Source of the DNA: Candidatus Eiseniibacteriota bacterium
Lineage (GTDB): Bacteria; Eisenbacteria; RBG-16-71-46; DASYSL01
Direction: 5' to 3'
NCBI GenBank assembly: GCA_050733935.1
Contig: JBOHUC010000016.1
Location: 6,088 to 70,087 of the forward strand
Length of the DNA: 64,000 nucleotides
The notes under the pieces are model-generated. The model did not search any database and was not told the DNA's origin. It was given only the letters and a program-made list of their open reading frames with translations. The position numbers and the translations under genes were made by a program. Numbering within the stretch: position 1 is the first letter of the stretch; every line of letters starts with the position of its first letter. This document shows positions 27,935 to 37,870 of the stretch, one piece after another.

Positions 27935-29025
27935 AGCGAGCGTTGCTGGCGTTGGCCGTGAGTCTCGCGGCCTTCGGGTTCGTGCCCCGCGCTCTGGCGC
28001 ACGATGCGCCCTACAGCTACCTGCGCCTCAATCTTGCGAACGGGCGGCTCTCGGGCTCCCTCACGGCCCACCGCTTCGATCTCGCAAACGAGCTCGGCCT
28101 CGCGGCTCCCGAGTCGCTCGCGAGCGAGGAACGAGTCGATTCGCTCGGACCGATCGTCTTTCCGATTCTCGCCGGGCGCCTCCGGATCGTGGCCGATGGG
28201 GATACGCTCGCGCTTCGGCTCGTGGGGACGGCGGCCGACGACGAGCGGAGCGGGGCGACGTTCGATTTCGAGTCTCCGACACGGGGCCTTCCTTCCCGAA
28301 TCGAAGTCGGAGGGCGACTCTTTCCGTACGATCCCGAGCACGAGACCTACGTCAACCTTTACGTGGGCGATTCGCTCCGGCACCAGGACTTGATCGATCG
28401 CGCACATCCGGTGCTCCGGATCGACACGAGCGGGCGTCCGCGCATCGGAGAGGTCGTCCGGCGGTTCACGGCGGCGGGCATCCACCACATCTTCATCGGG
28501 CCGGATCACATCCTGTTCGTCATCGGCCTCCTTCTCCTCGGCGGATCGATCGGAAAGCTCCTCAAGATCGTGACGGCGTTCACGGTCGCGCACAGCATCA
28601 CGCTCGCGATCGCGAGCCTCGGCGTGTGGAATCCACCGGCCCGGATCGTCGAGCCGCTCATCGCGCTCAGCATCGTCTTCGTGGGCTGCGCGAACCTGGT
28701 CGCGCTGCGCCGGACGGGATCCAGGACCGGGGCGGCGGATGCCCGCGTCGCGCTCGCGTTCGGGTTCGGCTTCGTGCACGGGTTTGGCTTCGCGAACGTG
28801 CTCGCCGAATTCGGACTGCCCCGCGAAGCCCTCGGGTGGGCGCTCTTCTCGTTCAACTTCGGCGTCGAGCTCGGACAGGCGGCGATCGTTCTCGCCGCCG
28901 CACCCGCGCTGGCCTTGCTCCGAAGCTCCGCTCCCCGGCTTGCGGGGCGGGTCGTGCAGGCAGGCTCGGTGGCGGTGATCGCCGCCGGCGCGTGGTGGTT
29001 CTTCGAACGGGTTCGCGGCTCTTAG
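27931..29025 (+). CDS. HupE/UreJ-family membrane protein with an N-terminal periplasmic domain
   Basis: The GTG overlaps the upstream stop (GTGA). HGFGFANV...ELGQ motifs and a polytopic C-terminal half. Confidence 0.7.
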   Translation: MKRALLALAVSLAAFGFVPRALAHDAPYSYLRLNLANGRLSGSLTAHRFDLANELGLAAPESLASEERVDSLGPIVFPILAGRLRIVADGDTLALRLVGTAADDERSGATFDFESPTRGLPSRIEVGGRLFPYDPEHETYVNLYVGDSLRHQDLIDRAHPVLRIDTSGRPRIGEVVRRFTAAGIHHIFIGPDHILFVIGLLLLGGSIGKLLKIVTAFTVAHSITLAIASLGVWNPPARIVEPLIALSIVFVGCANLVALRRTGSRTGAADARVALAFGFGFVHGFGFANVLAEFGLPREALGWALFSFNFGVELGQAAIVLAAAPALALLRSSAPRLAGRVVQAGSVAVIAAGAWWFFERVRGS

Positions 29026-29099
29026 CGGCTTGCGGGCGCGAAGGAAGCGGGCGGCGGAGCAAGGAGCCCCGCCGCCCGTCATGTTCTGCTTCTCGTCCC

Positions 29100-29250
29100 T
29101 GCTTCTCGTTCTACCGTGCGGCAACCTGCTGCGCAGCAACCGGGGGCAACTTGCCCTGGGGCAACCTGCTGCGCAGCAACCTGCTTTCGGTCAACTTGCC
29201 CCGGGGCAACCTGCCGTGCGGCAGCCCGCCTCAGGGAACCTGCTGCTTTC
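29100..29250. repeat. Intergenic tandem/palindromic repeat cluster (REP-like)
   Basis: Two copies each of GGCAACCTGCTGCGCAGCAACC and GGCAACTTGCCCYGGGGCAACCTGC. Palindromic core TGCTGCGCAGCA. Flanked by CTTCTCGTCC direct repeats. The 21-mer ACCTGCTGCGCAGCAACCTGC recurs at 58177-58197. Confidence 0.55.
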
Positions 29251-31241
29251 TACTTCTCGTCCGAGACCGCCGTGGCGCCCGCGGGCGCTGGCTCGGCCCG
29301 GCCGCCCAGGTGCTTCGACAGGAACACCTCCGAAGCCCCGTAGAACTTGAGCCGATTCTCGGGCCGCGCAAAGCCGTGTCCCTCGTCCGCGAACACGATG
29401 TACTCGACGTCGACGCCGCGCTTCTTGAGAGCCTCGACGATCTGGTCGCTCTCCTTCTGCACCACGCGCGGATCGTTCGCCCCCTGCCCGATCAGGATCG
29501 GGGCCTTGAGCTGATCGACCTTGAAGAGCGGCGAGCGTGCCTCGATGTCCTTCCGCTGGACGGGATCCGCGGGATCACCGACGAACGGATACCAGGTGTT
29601 CGCGAGGAACGGCTTCCAGTACGGAGGGAAGCTCTCGATCATGGTCGCGAGGTTGGATGGCCCGACAATGTCGACGCCGCACGCGAACACATCCGGCGTG
29701 AACGTGAGACCGACGAGCGTGGCGTATCCGCCGTAGCTTCCGCCCATGATGCCGACCTTCTTGGGATCGGCGATCCCCTGCTTGACCACCGCGTCCACGG
29801 CATCGAGCAGATCGGTGTGCATCTTGCCCGCGAACTCCTTCTTGGCCGCATTCTTGAAGTTCTTCCCGAATCCGGTCGAGCCGCGATAGTTGACCTGGAG
29901 CACCGCGTAGCCGCGGTTCGCGAGCCACTGGGCCGTGCCGCTGTAGCCCCAGTTGTCACGCGACCAGGGACCGCCGTGCACGTACACGACCATCGGCAGG
30001 TTCTTCGCCGGGATGCCCTGCGGCACCGTCAGGTACACGGGGAGCGAGAGCCCGTCACGCGCCTTCACTTCCATGCCCTTCATGGGAGCGAGCGTGTACG
30101 TCTCGAGGCGCGGCTGAGCGCTGAAGAGAAGCTGTCCCTTCTGCGCGGTCCGATCCCACGCGTACCACTTGACCGGACCGTCGTCCTTCGTGAACGCGGC
30201 GATCCACGTCTTGTCCGCGAGGTCGCGGCTCATGACGGCGAAGTCGCCGTTGTCGAGCTTCGCGATCCCGTCCATGTCCTTCTGGACCGACGGATCGAGC
30301 ACCTGCCAGCGCGTCCTGAGCCGATTGAAGGCCACGGCCAGCGGAGCCTTCGTCTTGAGGTCGACCAGCGGCGTCATGCCCATGTTCGCGTCGGCCGTCG
30401 GATCGTGGGCCATCTGCTTCGTCGCGCCCGATTTCACGTCCACCGCGACGAGAGCGGCCGTGTCGGTCGCGAGATCGGAGACGGCGTAGAGCGTCTTTCC
30501 ATCGGCCGCAACTTCGACCGGCATGAACTGGTCGTCGGGCGCCCAGCTCACGAGCTGGCGCCACTCGGCCTTCGGCGTATCGCGCCACTCGAGAATGCTT
30601 CCGCCCTCGGGCTTCAAGCGCAGCCGACCCACGATCTCGAGCTGCTTGTTGGGAATGTAGCCCCCGATCCCGCCGGGATTCTCCTCGACCAGAGTGATGT
30701 CCCCGGTCTTGAGGTTGAGCTCGTAGACGTCGAAGAGCTGCTTGTTGCGATGGTTGTGCTGAATGAGGCCCCGATCCGGCGACTCCGGCTCATAGGCGAG
30801 CGGAATGACCCGTGTCCCCGCGAGCGGCGTCAGGTTGCGGGTTTCACCGGTGGCGAGGTTCGACACGTACACGTGGAAGTTCTCGTCCCCGCCGGTGTCC
30901 TGCATGTAGATGATGTTCTGGTTGTCGTAGGCCCAGAAGTACTGGCGGATGCCGCGCTTCGGATCGTTCGTCACCTGCTTGTCGTCGTTCTGGCCGATCG
31001 TCTTGACCCAGACCTGCAGCACATCCTTCGTGTCGGCCTTGAGATACGCGAGCTTCGTGCCGTCCGGGGAGATCTCCGGTGTCGCGCGGTCCGGATTGCC
31101 GAACACGACGTCCCGCGGAATGAGCGGCGGGAGATCGGCGCGCACGGGCGCGGCCACGAGGGCCGGCAGGGCGACCGCGAGAACGGCGAGGAGGGAAAGC
31201 CTGGGACGCTGCTTCACGAGCAACCTCCTTTTTCGGGGCAT
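29250..31241 (-). CDS. Secreted S9-family serine peptidase (prolyl oligopeptidase/dipeptidyl-peptidase-like, beta-propeller plus alpha/beta hydrolase)
   Basis: Signal peptide. GGSYGG nucleophile elbow, with Asp/His downstream (FADEGHGF). Confidence 0.8.
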   Translation of the reverse strand: MPRKRRLLVKQRPRLSLLAVLAVALPALVAAPVRADLPPLIPRDVVFGNPDRATPEISPDGTKLAYLKADTKDVLQVWVKTIGQNDDKQVTNDPKRGIRQYFWAYDNQNIIYMQDTGGDENFHVYVSNLATGETRNLTPLAGTRVIPLAYEPESPDRGLIQHNHRNKQLFDVYELNLKTGDITLVEENPGGIGGYIPNKQLEIVGRLRLKPEGGSILEWRDTPKAEWRQLVSWAPDDQFMPVEVAADGKTLYAVSDLATDTAALVAVDVKSGATKQMAHDPTADANMGMTPLVDLKTKAPLAVAFNRLRTRWQVLDPSVQKDMDGIAKLDNGDFAVMSRDLADKTWIAAFTKDDGPVKWYAWDRTAQKGQLLFSAQPRLETYTLAPMKGMEVKARDGLSLPVYLTVPQGIPAKNLPMVVYVHGGPWSRDNWGYSGTAQWLANRGYAVLQVNYRGSTGFGKNFKNAAKKEFAGKMHTDLLDAVDAVVKQGIADPKKVGIMGGSYGGYATLVGLTFTPDVFACGVDIVGPSNLATMIESFPPYWKPFLANTWYPFVGDPADPVQRKDIEARSPLFKVDQLKAPILIGQGANDPRVVQKESDQIVEALKKRGVDVEYIVFADEGHGFARPENRLKFYGASEVFLSKHLGGRAEPAPAGATAVSDEK

Positions 31242-31333
31242 GAGGGGGGGTTTGCAACCGGGGCGAACATACTCCTTACGGAGTCCGGGCGTCGAGGTTG
31301 CGGCCCGTGAGATTGCGGCGCGTGAGGCCGGGC

Positions 31334-32767
31334 CTAATACGGCAGGCGGTGCTTTCGCAGCTTCTTGTAGAGGTGGCTCCGCTCGAGGCCGAGGAGCTCG
31401 GCGGCCCGCGCCACGCTTCCCGCCCGCTCGAGGGCGGCTTCGATGGCCGCCTTCTCAGCGGCGTCGAGCTGGGCCCGAAGCGTACCGGGAGCGGCCGGCT
31501 CGGACGCGCCGTCCTCCTCCGGATCGGAAGGATGTGTCTCGTTCGCGGGCGCGGCTTCGACGGTGCGCGCAGAGGCGGTTCCCGGCGCGGAAGAACCGGA
31601 GACTGGAATATGCCGGAGCACATCCGCTTCGGAAATCGTCTCGCCCGGCGTGAGGATGACGAGCCGCTCGAGGAGATTCCGAAGCTCGCGCACGTTCCCC
31701 GGCCAGCTGTGACGCGCGAGCGCCGAGAGCGCCGCGCGGTCGAGACGCCGTGCCTTCCGGCCCATCTGTCGGGCGATGAGCGCGAGGAAGTGCTCGGCGA
31801 GCACGCCCAGATCCTCCGGGCGTTCGCGCAGCGGCGGAACGAGGAGCGGGACCACGTTCAGACGATAGAAGAGATCTTCGCGGAACGATCCGTTGGCGAT
31901 CGCGGCTTCGAGCGGCTGGTTGGTGGCCGCAATCACGCGCACGTCCACGCGCGTCGACTGGTTCGCTCCGACGCGCGTGACGAGCCCGTCCTGGAGGACG
32001 CGCAGGAGCTTTGCCTGCGTGCGCGGGCTCATGTCCCCGATCTCGTCGAGGAACAACGTGCCGCGGTGGGCTTCCTCGAACTTTCCGCGTCGCGACTGGA
32101 CGGCACCGGTGAACGCCCCCTTCTCGTGCCCGAAGAGCTCGCTCTCGACGAGCTCCTCCGGCAGGGCGGCGCAGTTGAGCGCGATAAACGGCTGGTCGCG
32201 GCGGGGCGACAAGTCGTGGAGCGCGCGACCCACGAGCTCCTTCCCCGTTCCGCTCTCTCCCTGGACGAGCACGGTCGCGGTCGTCGGGGCTGCGAGCTCG
32301 ATCCGCTCGATCAGCATGCGGATCGCCTCCGACCGGCCGACGATCGTGCGCCCGAGACCCGCGGACTCGCGGAGGGCCGCGTTCTCGCGCTTGAGTCGCG
32401 CGGACGCGCCCGCGTTGCGCAGCGTGACCAGCACCTGATCGGAGGACAGCGGCTTCTCGAGGAAGTCGAAGGCTCCGAGGCGCGTAGCCTGAACGGCCAT
32501 CTCGATCGTCCCGTGTCCCGACATGAGAACGACCGCGAGACCCGGACGCTCGCGCGACCAGCGTTCGAGGAGCGCGAGCCCGTTCTCGCCGCCGGGAAGC
32601 GCGACGTCCAGCAGCACGAGATCGAGATCGGGCTCCCGCTCGAGCTGGGTCTCCGCAGCAGCCCCATCGCGTGCGGTGAGGACCGTGTAGCTTTCCTTCT
32701 CGAGGAGACGCGTGAGCGACTCGAGAATGCGCGGCTCGTCGTCGACGACCAGAACGAGGTCAGCCAT
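31334..32767 (-). CDS. Sigma-54-dependent two-component response regulator (NtrC family)
   Basis: Receiver LVVDDE...LDVALPG, AAA+ [15 protein letters not shown]-terminal HTH. Confidence 0.85.
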   Translation of the reverse strand: MADLVLVVDDEPRILESLTRLLEKESYTVLTARDGAAAETQLEREPDLDLVLLDVALPGGENGLALLERWSRERPGLAVVLMSGHGTIEMAVQATRLGAFDFLEKPLSSDQVLVTLRNAGASARLKRENAALRESAGLGRTIVGRSEAIRMLIERIELAAPTTATVLVQGESGTGKELVGRALHDLSPRRDQPFIALNCAALPEELVESELFGHEKGAFTGAVQSRRGKFEEAHRGTLFLDEIGDMSPRTQAKLLRVLQDGLVTRVGANQSTRVDVRVIAATNQPLEAAIANGSFREDLFYRLNVVPLLVPPLRERPEDLGVLAEHFLALIARQMGRKARRLDRAALSALARHSWPGNVRELRNLLERLVILTPGETISEADVLRHIPVSGSSAPGTASARTVEAAPANETHPSDPEEDGASEPAAPGTLRAQLDAAEKAAIEAALERAGSVARAAELLGLERSHLYKKLRKHRLPY

Positions 32768-34496
32768 GCGCGTTCTCCATGCCGTGCGGCATGCCCCCCA
32801 CCCGGGACGGAAGCCGCACGATGAAGCGCGCGCCCGGCCCGCCCGGTGCCAGGTCGAGCGTGCCGCCGTGATCCTCCACCACGCGGCGGACGACCGTGAG
32901 CCCGAGCCCGGTTCCCTCCGTCTTGGTCGTGAAGTAAGGCGTGAAGATGCGATCCCGATCCTCCTCCGCGATTCCGGGGCCCGTGTCCGCGACCGCCACC
33001 GTGACTCCGTCGGAGTCGCCGCGCGTTTCGAGCAGGATTTCCCCGCGGCCGTCCATCGCCTCGCACGCGTTCTTGACGAGATTGCCGAACGCCCGGGCGA
33101 GGAGATCGGGATCCGCGGTCACGCGCGCCGGGGCGAACGCATAGTCGCGCCGGACTTCGACCGTGGACGGCACGTAAAGATCGATGGCGCGGTCGAGGAG
33201 CTCGTTCACGTCGACGGGCTCCGGCCGCGGGGCGGGGCTCCGGGCGAAATCGTTGAACTCCCGCACGAGCTCGCGCAGGGTGCGAACTTCGGCCTTGATC
33301 GTCTGGGCCGCGCGCGTAATCGACTGATCGAGATCGGCGTCGCCACGCTGGCGCGAGCGCTCCACGTCCTCGATCGCAAGCTGGATCGGCGTGAGCGGAT
33401 TCTTGATCTCGTGCGCGAGCCGGCGCGCGATCTGCGCCCACGCGGCCTGACGTTCGCCGCGGAGCAGGCGATCGCGCGCGCCCTGGAGGTCCACCGTCAT
33501 CGTGTTGAAGGACGCCATGAGCTCGCCCACTTCGTCCGCCGGACCGGCCGGGAGCCGCACCGCGAGATCGCCGTGCGAGACGCGCTGGGCGGCGAGCGCG
33601 AGGGCCCGCACCGGGCGGCTGATCCGATAGGCAAACACGAGGCCAATGCACACGGCGACGAAGAGCGCGATGAGCCCCGCGGCTCCGAGCAGGCGAAGCA
33701 GCGAGACGAGCGTGCGATTGAGATCGGCCTCGGACACGCCGACCGCGAGGCGGGCGGCCGGCGCACCGCCAATGTCCTCGAGCTCGAGGCCTCCCATCCG
33801 GTACGGCACGCCCGAGAGTGTGAGGGTGGCCGTCGACTCCGGACCGGCTGCGGCAGCCGCGCGCGCGAGTGCGTGCGTGTCGCGCCCGTCGGCGGGGAAG
33901 CTCGAGACGAAGAGACGCTCCGACGGCCCCACGACCGCAAGGTGGGCGCCGCTCAGATTGCGGAGCCTGAGCACGAATCCGGAATCAAGGAGCGGCCCCA
34001 CGCGGACCGTACCGAGCACGCGTCCCTCGAACGTCACGGGAGCGGCCGCGAGGAGCGCGAGACCGGAATCGGGCGGCACGAGCGGGACGAACGCCGAAAG
34101 CGGCTGCCCCGTGAGCGCCCCCGCGATGAGCGGATCGCTCGAGAGATTGAGGCCGAAGCTTCCGCGATCGTGACCGCGCGCGAGCACGACTCCGTCCGGG
34201 CCCGTGATCTCGAGCCAGTCGACCCCGAGCGCATCGAGCCGCTCGACCGCGAAATCGATGAGCGCGATCTGCGGCACACCCCCCGGACCTGCGAGCGCGA
34301 GCAGGCGCACGAGCGCGGGGTCCGACGCAAGGCTCGAGGCCTGCACTCGCGCGCCTTCCCGTTCGCGATCGAGATCGCGCGCAACCGCTTCGAGAACCCC
34401 CGACACGCGCTCCTGGGAGAGCGACTGGAAGTGTCGCCGCACGATGCGCGGCCCGAACGCCGCGAGGAGCCCGAGCGGGACGAGCGCGACGAACAA
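32760..34496 (-). CDS. Sensor histidine kinase (periplasmic sensor, HAMP, HisKA, HATPase)
   Basis: HEIKNPLTPI H-box, N/G1/G2 boxes. 8-nt overlap with the RR gene. The only canonical start is a TTG (the tool lists it as M); the true start may be non-canonical further upstream. Confidence 0.75.
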   Translation of the reverse strand: MFVALVPLGLLAAFGPRIVRRHFQSLSQERVSGVLEAVARDLDREREGARVQASSLASDPALVRLLALAGPGGVPQIALIDFAVERLDALGVDWLEITGPDGVVLARGHDRGSFGLNLSSDPLIAGALTGQPLSAFVPLVPPDSGLALLAAAPVTFEGRVLGTVRVGPLLDSGFVLRLRNLSGAHLAVVGPSERLFVSSFPADGRDTHALARAAAAAGPESTATLTLSGVPYRMGGLELEDIGGAPAARLAVGVSEADLNRTLVSLLRLLGAAGLIALFVAVCIGLVFAYRISRPVRALALAAQRVSHGDLAVRLPAGPADEVGELMASFNTMTVDLQGARDRLLRGERQAAWAQIARRLAHEIKNPLTPIQLAIEDVERSRQRGDADLDQSITRAAQTIKAEVRTLRELVREFNDFARSPAPRPEPVDVNELLDRAIDLYVPSTVEVRRDYAFAPARVTADPDLLARAFGNLVKNACEAMDGRGEILLETRGDSDGVTVAVADTGPGIAEEDRDRIFTPYFTTKTEGTGLGLTVVRRVVEDHGGTLDLAPGGPGARFIVRLPSRVGGMPHGMENAHG

Positions 34497-34530
34497 GAAC
34501 GCAAGCAGGAGCCGGCGGGTCAGCCGTCCG

Positions 34531-36340
34531 CTAATCGCCAGGGCGCACCTCCACTTCGTCGTATCGCGGGGCGCCGAGGGGATCGAGCACGACGCCCGAG
34601 ATCCCCGGCCGGACGAGCGTGACGTTCACGCTATGGAAGAGCGGCACGAGGGGCGCATCGTAGAGTGCCTTCCGTTCGGCTTCCCGAAGCGCCGCCGCGA
34701 CTTCGGCGTTCGACGTCGCCGAGCGGGCGCGTTCGAGGGCGTGGTCCACGTCGGGATTCGTGTAGAACGTGCGATTCCCGCCCTCGCCCCGGCGGCCGCT
34801 CTCGATCAGCGAGGAAACGAATCCGACCGGATTGGGACCGTCCGCGAACCACGAGAGGTAGAACAGATCGGCCCGTCCGTCCAGCACCCCGCGCTGGAAC
34901 GCCTCCCACGGGCGAACGACGATCGACACCCGATATCCGAGGCGCCGAAGCGAAGCTCCTGCGAATTCGGCGAATCGCTGGCCGGCAGCCGACCCCTCGG
35001 GCACCCAGAACGAAAGAGCGGGCGCCTTCCCGGCGAGGGCACGCGCACGCGCTTCGGCTTCGAACGCGGACGGGCGCCACGCGGACTCGGGGAGCGACCC
35101 TCCTCCGAGCGCGGGGGGCAGAAGCCCGTGCGCCACGCGGGAGCGATCCGGCACGAGCACGCGCACGGCGAGTGCGCGATCGATCGATCCTGCGAGCGCG
35201 CGGCGCGTGGCCGCATTGCGCAGGAACGGTGTCCGCGTGTTGAAGCCGAGGTAGTAGAGCGAGGCCTCCTCGACGCTCAGCGTTTGGGCGGAGAGGCTGG
35301 TCGCTCGAATCCTTCGCTCTTCGGTCTCCGGGGGCGCGATGAGATCGAGCCGCCCCAGCTCGAAGTCGAGCACCGCCTGCGCGGGGTCCTTGACGCGCCG
35401 GAAACGAAGGGTGTCGACGCCGCTCGTCCGCTCGCGCGCGGCGACGAGAAGGACTCCCGTCGAATCGGACGTCACGAAACGAAAGGGTCCCGTGCCGATC
35501 GGAACACTCCCGGTGGCACCGGGCGAGACGACGGACGCCGCGGGGGCTGCGAGCTCGGCGAGGAGTGGCGCGTCCTCGCGCACGACCGTGATCGCAACCG
35601 TGAGCGAGTCCGTCGCGCGCACGCCCGAGAGCGCGCTCGAGCGCCCGGCGCGGTATTCCTCCCCACCCTCGATAGCCTGGGCGAGACCATCGGCGCGCGG
35701 CGCACGCGTTGCGGACGCGAGCGCACGCTCGAGCGAGCGCGCCACGTCCGCCGCCTGCACGCGACGCCCGTCGTGGAAGCGAGCATTCGGTCGGAGGTCG
35801 AACGTCCACACGCGGCCGTCGCGGGCGAACCGTTCCGCAAGGCCGGGCGCGGGGGCAAGCCGCGCATCGAGCCGGACGAGACCCTCGTAGACTTGTTGGA
35901 CGATCTGCTTTTCGGCAAGCGAGGTGACGAGCGCGGGATCGAACGTCGAAGGATCGCTCGTGAGCGGCACGCGGAACGTTCCCCGCGGTCCGCGCGGGCG
36001 GGATGAGAGCGGCTCGATCCAAAGTCCGCCAAGAAGCGGCGCACCCGGAGCGAGCAGCGAGTCGATCTCTCTCGCGCGCACACGAAGCGGTCGGCCGCCG
36101 ACCGGAACGAGAGCGGTGATCGCATCCCGGCTCCAGCTCACCTCGACCGTATCGAGCGGCTCCCCGGAGGGACCGCGGAGAAGCGCGCGACGTCCGGGTG
36201 CGGCTCCCGCCGTGTCCGACCACGCCGCAAAGAGCCGGTCGCCCGACGCGTGGAGGACCGCATGCCGCTCCGCGCCCGCGAACGAGTTCCACGCGCAGGC
36301 GATCACCGAAACGAACAGCGCGAGCTTGAGGATCCTCAAT
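34531..36340 (-). CDS. Family-5 substrate-binding protein (DppA/OppA/NikA-like) with an N-terminal extension
   Basis: SBP_bac_5 signature VRLDARLAPAPGLAERFARDGRVWTFDLRPNARFHDGRRV. TTG start MRILKLALFVSVIACAWNSFAGA. The remaining 5-prime two-thirds of the 1241-aa listed ORF is antisense to moaC/moeA. Confidence 0.7.
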
Positions 36341-37235
36341 TCGCGGGCACCGTCCCATCCGGAACCCGCGGCGGCGTTGTCGCTTCGAGGGCCACGGGAG
36401 ACGCCGACTCGCTCCGTTGCTGATGGCGATGCCGACGGGCCTCGAGCTCGCGATAGAAGAGCGTCCAGCAGGTCGTGAACACGAGGAGCGCGAGCTGAAG
36501 CGGCAGACCGAGCGCGAGATCGAGCAGGAATCCGGGAGAGGGCCCGAGAACGCCGACCGCCGACTGGCGCACGATTCCCACGAGGATCCCGAGCCCGAGG
36601 AAGAGAACGCCCCAGTAGGCGACCATGCCGAGCCAGGCGGTCACGTTGTGCTCGAGCAAATCGCGGCTCTGCCGGAGCGAGCCGAAGAGCCGGCCAGGCC
36701 CGAGGACCGCGGCCTGATTCGCGAACGAGCACGCGATCGCAACGACGAGCCCCGGCAGGACGAGCAGGAAGAAACCGATCTGAAAGAGCGCGTAGACCGC
36801 GACCATCACGGCGATCAAGGACCACGATCGCGCGAGCGCGCGGCTGAACGTCTCGGCGAGATCCAGCCGCCGCCCGTGCGCGAGCGCATCCGCGCGCACG
36901 AGGATCCACGACTCGCCGAGCACGCGCGAGAACACGACGAGCGGAAGAACGCCCATGACGGCGGCGAGCAACCCGCGCTGCCCGGCCACCGGGGAGGCAT
37001 TCGAGGACGACATTCCGATCCCGAGGTGCACCATGATCTCTCCGAGGAGAGTCACGAACGACCAGACCGGAAAGAAGACGATCGCGGGGATGAGAAGGAG
37101 ACCGAACGGATCGCTCCGAAGGCACATGCGCCAGGAGAGACTGGCGACGGCCTGAACGGAACCGAGAGGAAACGGGGCGTCGGCGGACGCGGGCGGCAGC
37201 GCCGCCGGGGTTGCGTCCGGGACGGACGAATTCAC
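36336..37235 (-). CDS. Polytopic membrane protein, hypothetical
   Basis: Multiple TM helices. Stop overlaps the SBP start by 4 nt. Confidence 0.5.
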   Translation of the reverse strand: MNSSVPDATPAALPPASADAPFPLGSVQAVASLSWRMCLRSDPFGLLLIPAIVFFPVWSFVTLLGEIMVHLGIGMSSSNASPVAGQRGLLAAVMGVLPLVVFSRVLGESWILVRADALAHGRRLDLAETFSRALARSWSLIAVMVAVYALFQIGFFLLVLPGLVVAIACSFANQAAVLGPGRLFGSLRQSRDLLEHNVTAWLGMVAYWGVLFLGLGILVGIVRQSAVGVLGPSPGFLLDLALGLPLQLALLVFTTCWTLFYRELEARRHRHQQRSESASPVALEATTPPRVPDGTVPAN

Positions 37236-37374
37236 GCGTGAGGGCTCCTGTCCGTGAGAGCCGGGCGGCTCCCGGCATCGCGGCGGGAACGGGCAAAGCG
37301 CCGCAGTGCGTTGACACTACGAACGAGCGCTGCCTATTGTCAAGCCGATGGCCCGCCCGCCAAGAGCAAAGCGC

Positions 37375-37863
37375 ATGTCGAAGAGTCCGCGACCCTCCCA
37401 TCTCGACGCGGAAGGGCGCGCAAAGATGGTGAACGTGAGCCCGAAGGACGTCACGGCCCGCGAAGCGGTCGCCCGCGGCCGCGTGTTCATGCACCGGAAG
37501 ACGCTCGCGTTGATCCGCGGCAACCGCGCGAAAAAAGGCGACGTGCTCACGGTCGCCAAGCTCGCCGCGATCGGTGCGGCCAAGCACACCGCCGACCTCA
37601 TTCCGCTCGCACACACCCTCTCCCTCGACGGAGTCGAAGTCGCGTTCTCGTTCGACGACGCCGGATCGAGCGTCGGAATCGAAGCGCGCGTCGCGGCCAC
37701 CGGCCGCACGGGCGTCGAGATGGAAGCACTGTGCGCCGTCTCGCTGGCCGCTCTCACGATCTACGACATGCTCAAGGCCGTGGATCGCGGCATGGTCGTG
37801 GGCGAAATCGCCCTGTGGGAGAAGCGCGGCGGCAAGAGCGGCTCCTGGCACCGGGACGCCTGA
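37375..37863 (+). CDS. moaC: Cyclic pyranopterin monophosphate synthase
   Basis: HLDAEGRAKMVNVSPK...AKGDVLTVAKLAAIGAAK...EMEALCAVSLAALTIYDM. Confidence 0.8.
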   Translation: MSKSPRPSHLDAEGRAKMVNVSPKDVTAREAVARGRVFMHRKTLALIRGNRAKKGDVLTVAKLAAIGAAKHTADLIPLAHTLSLDGVEVAFSFDDAGSSVGIEARVAATGRTGVEMEALCAVSLAALTIYDMLKAVDRGMVVGEIALWEKRGGKSGSWHRDA

Positions 37864-37870
37864 CACCGCC

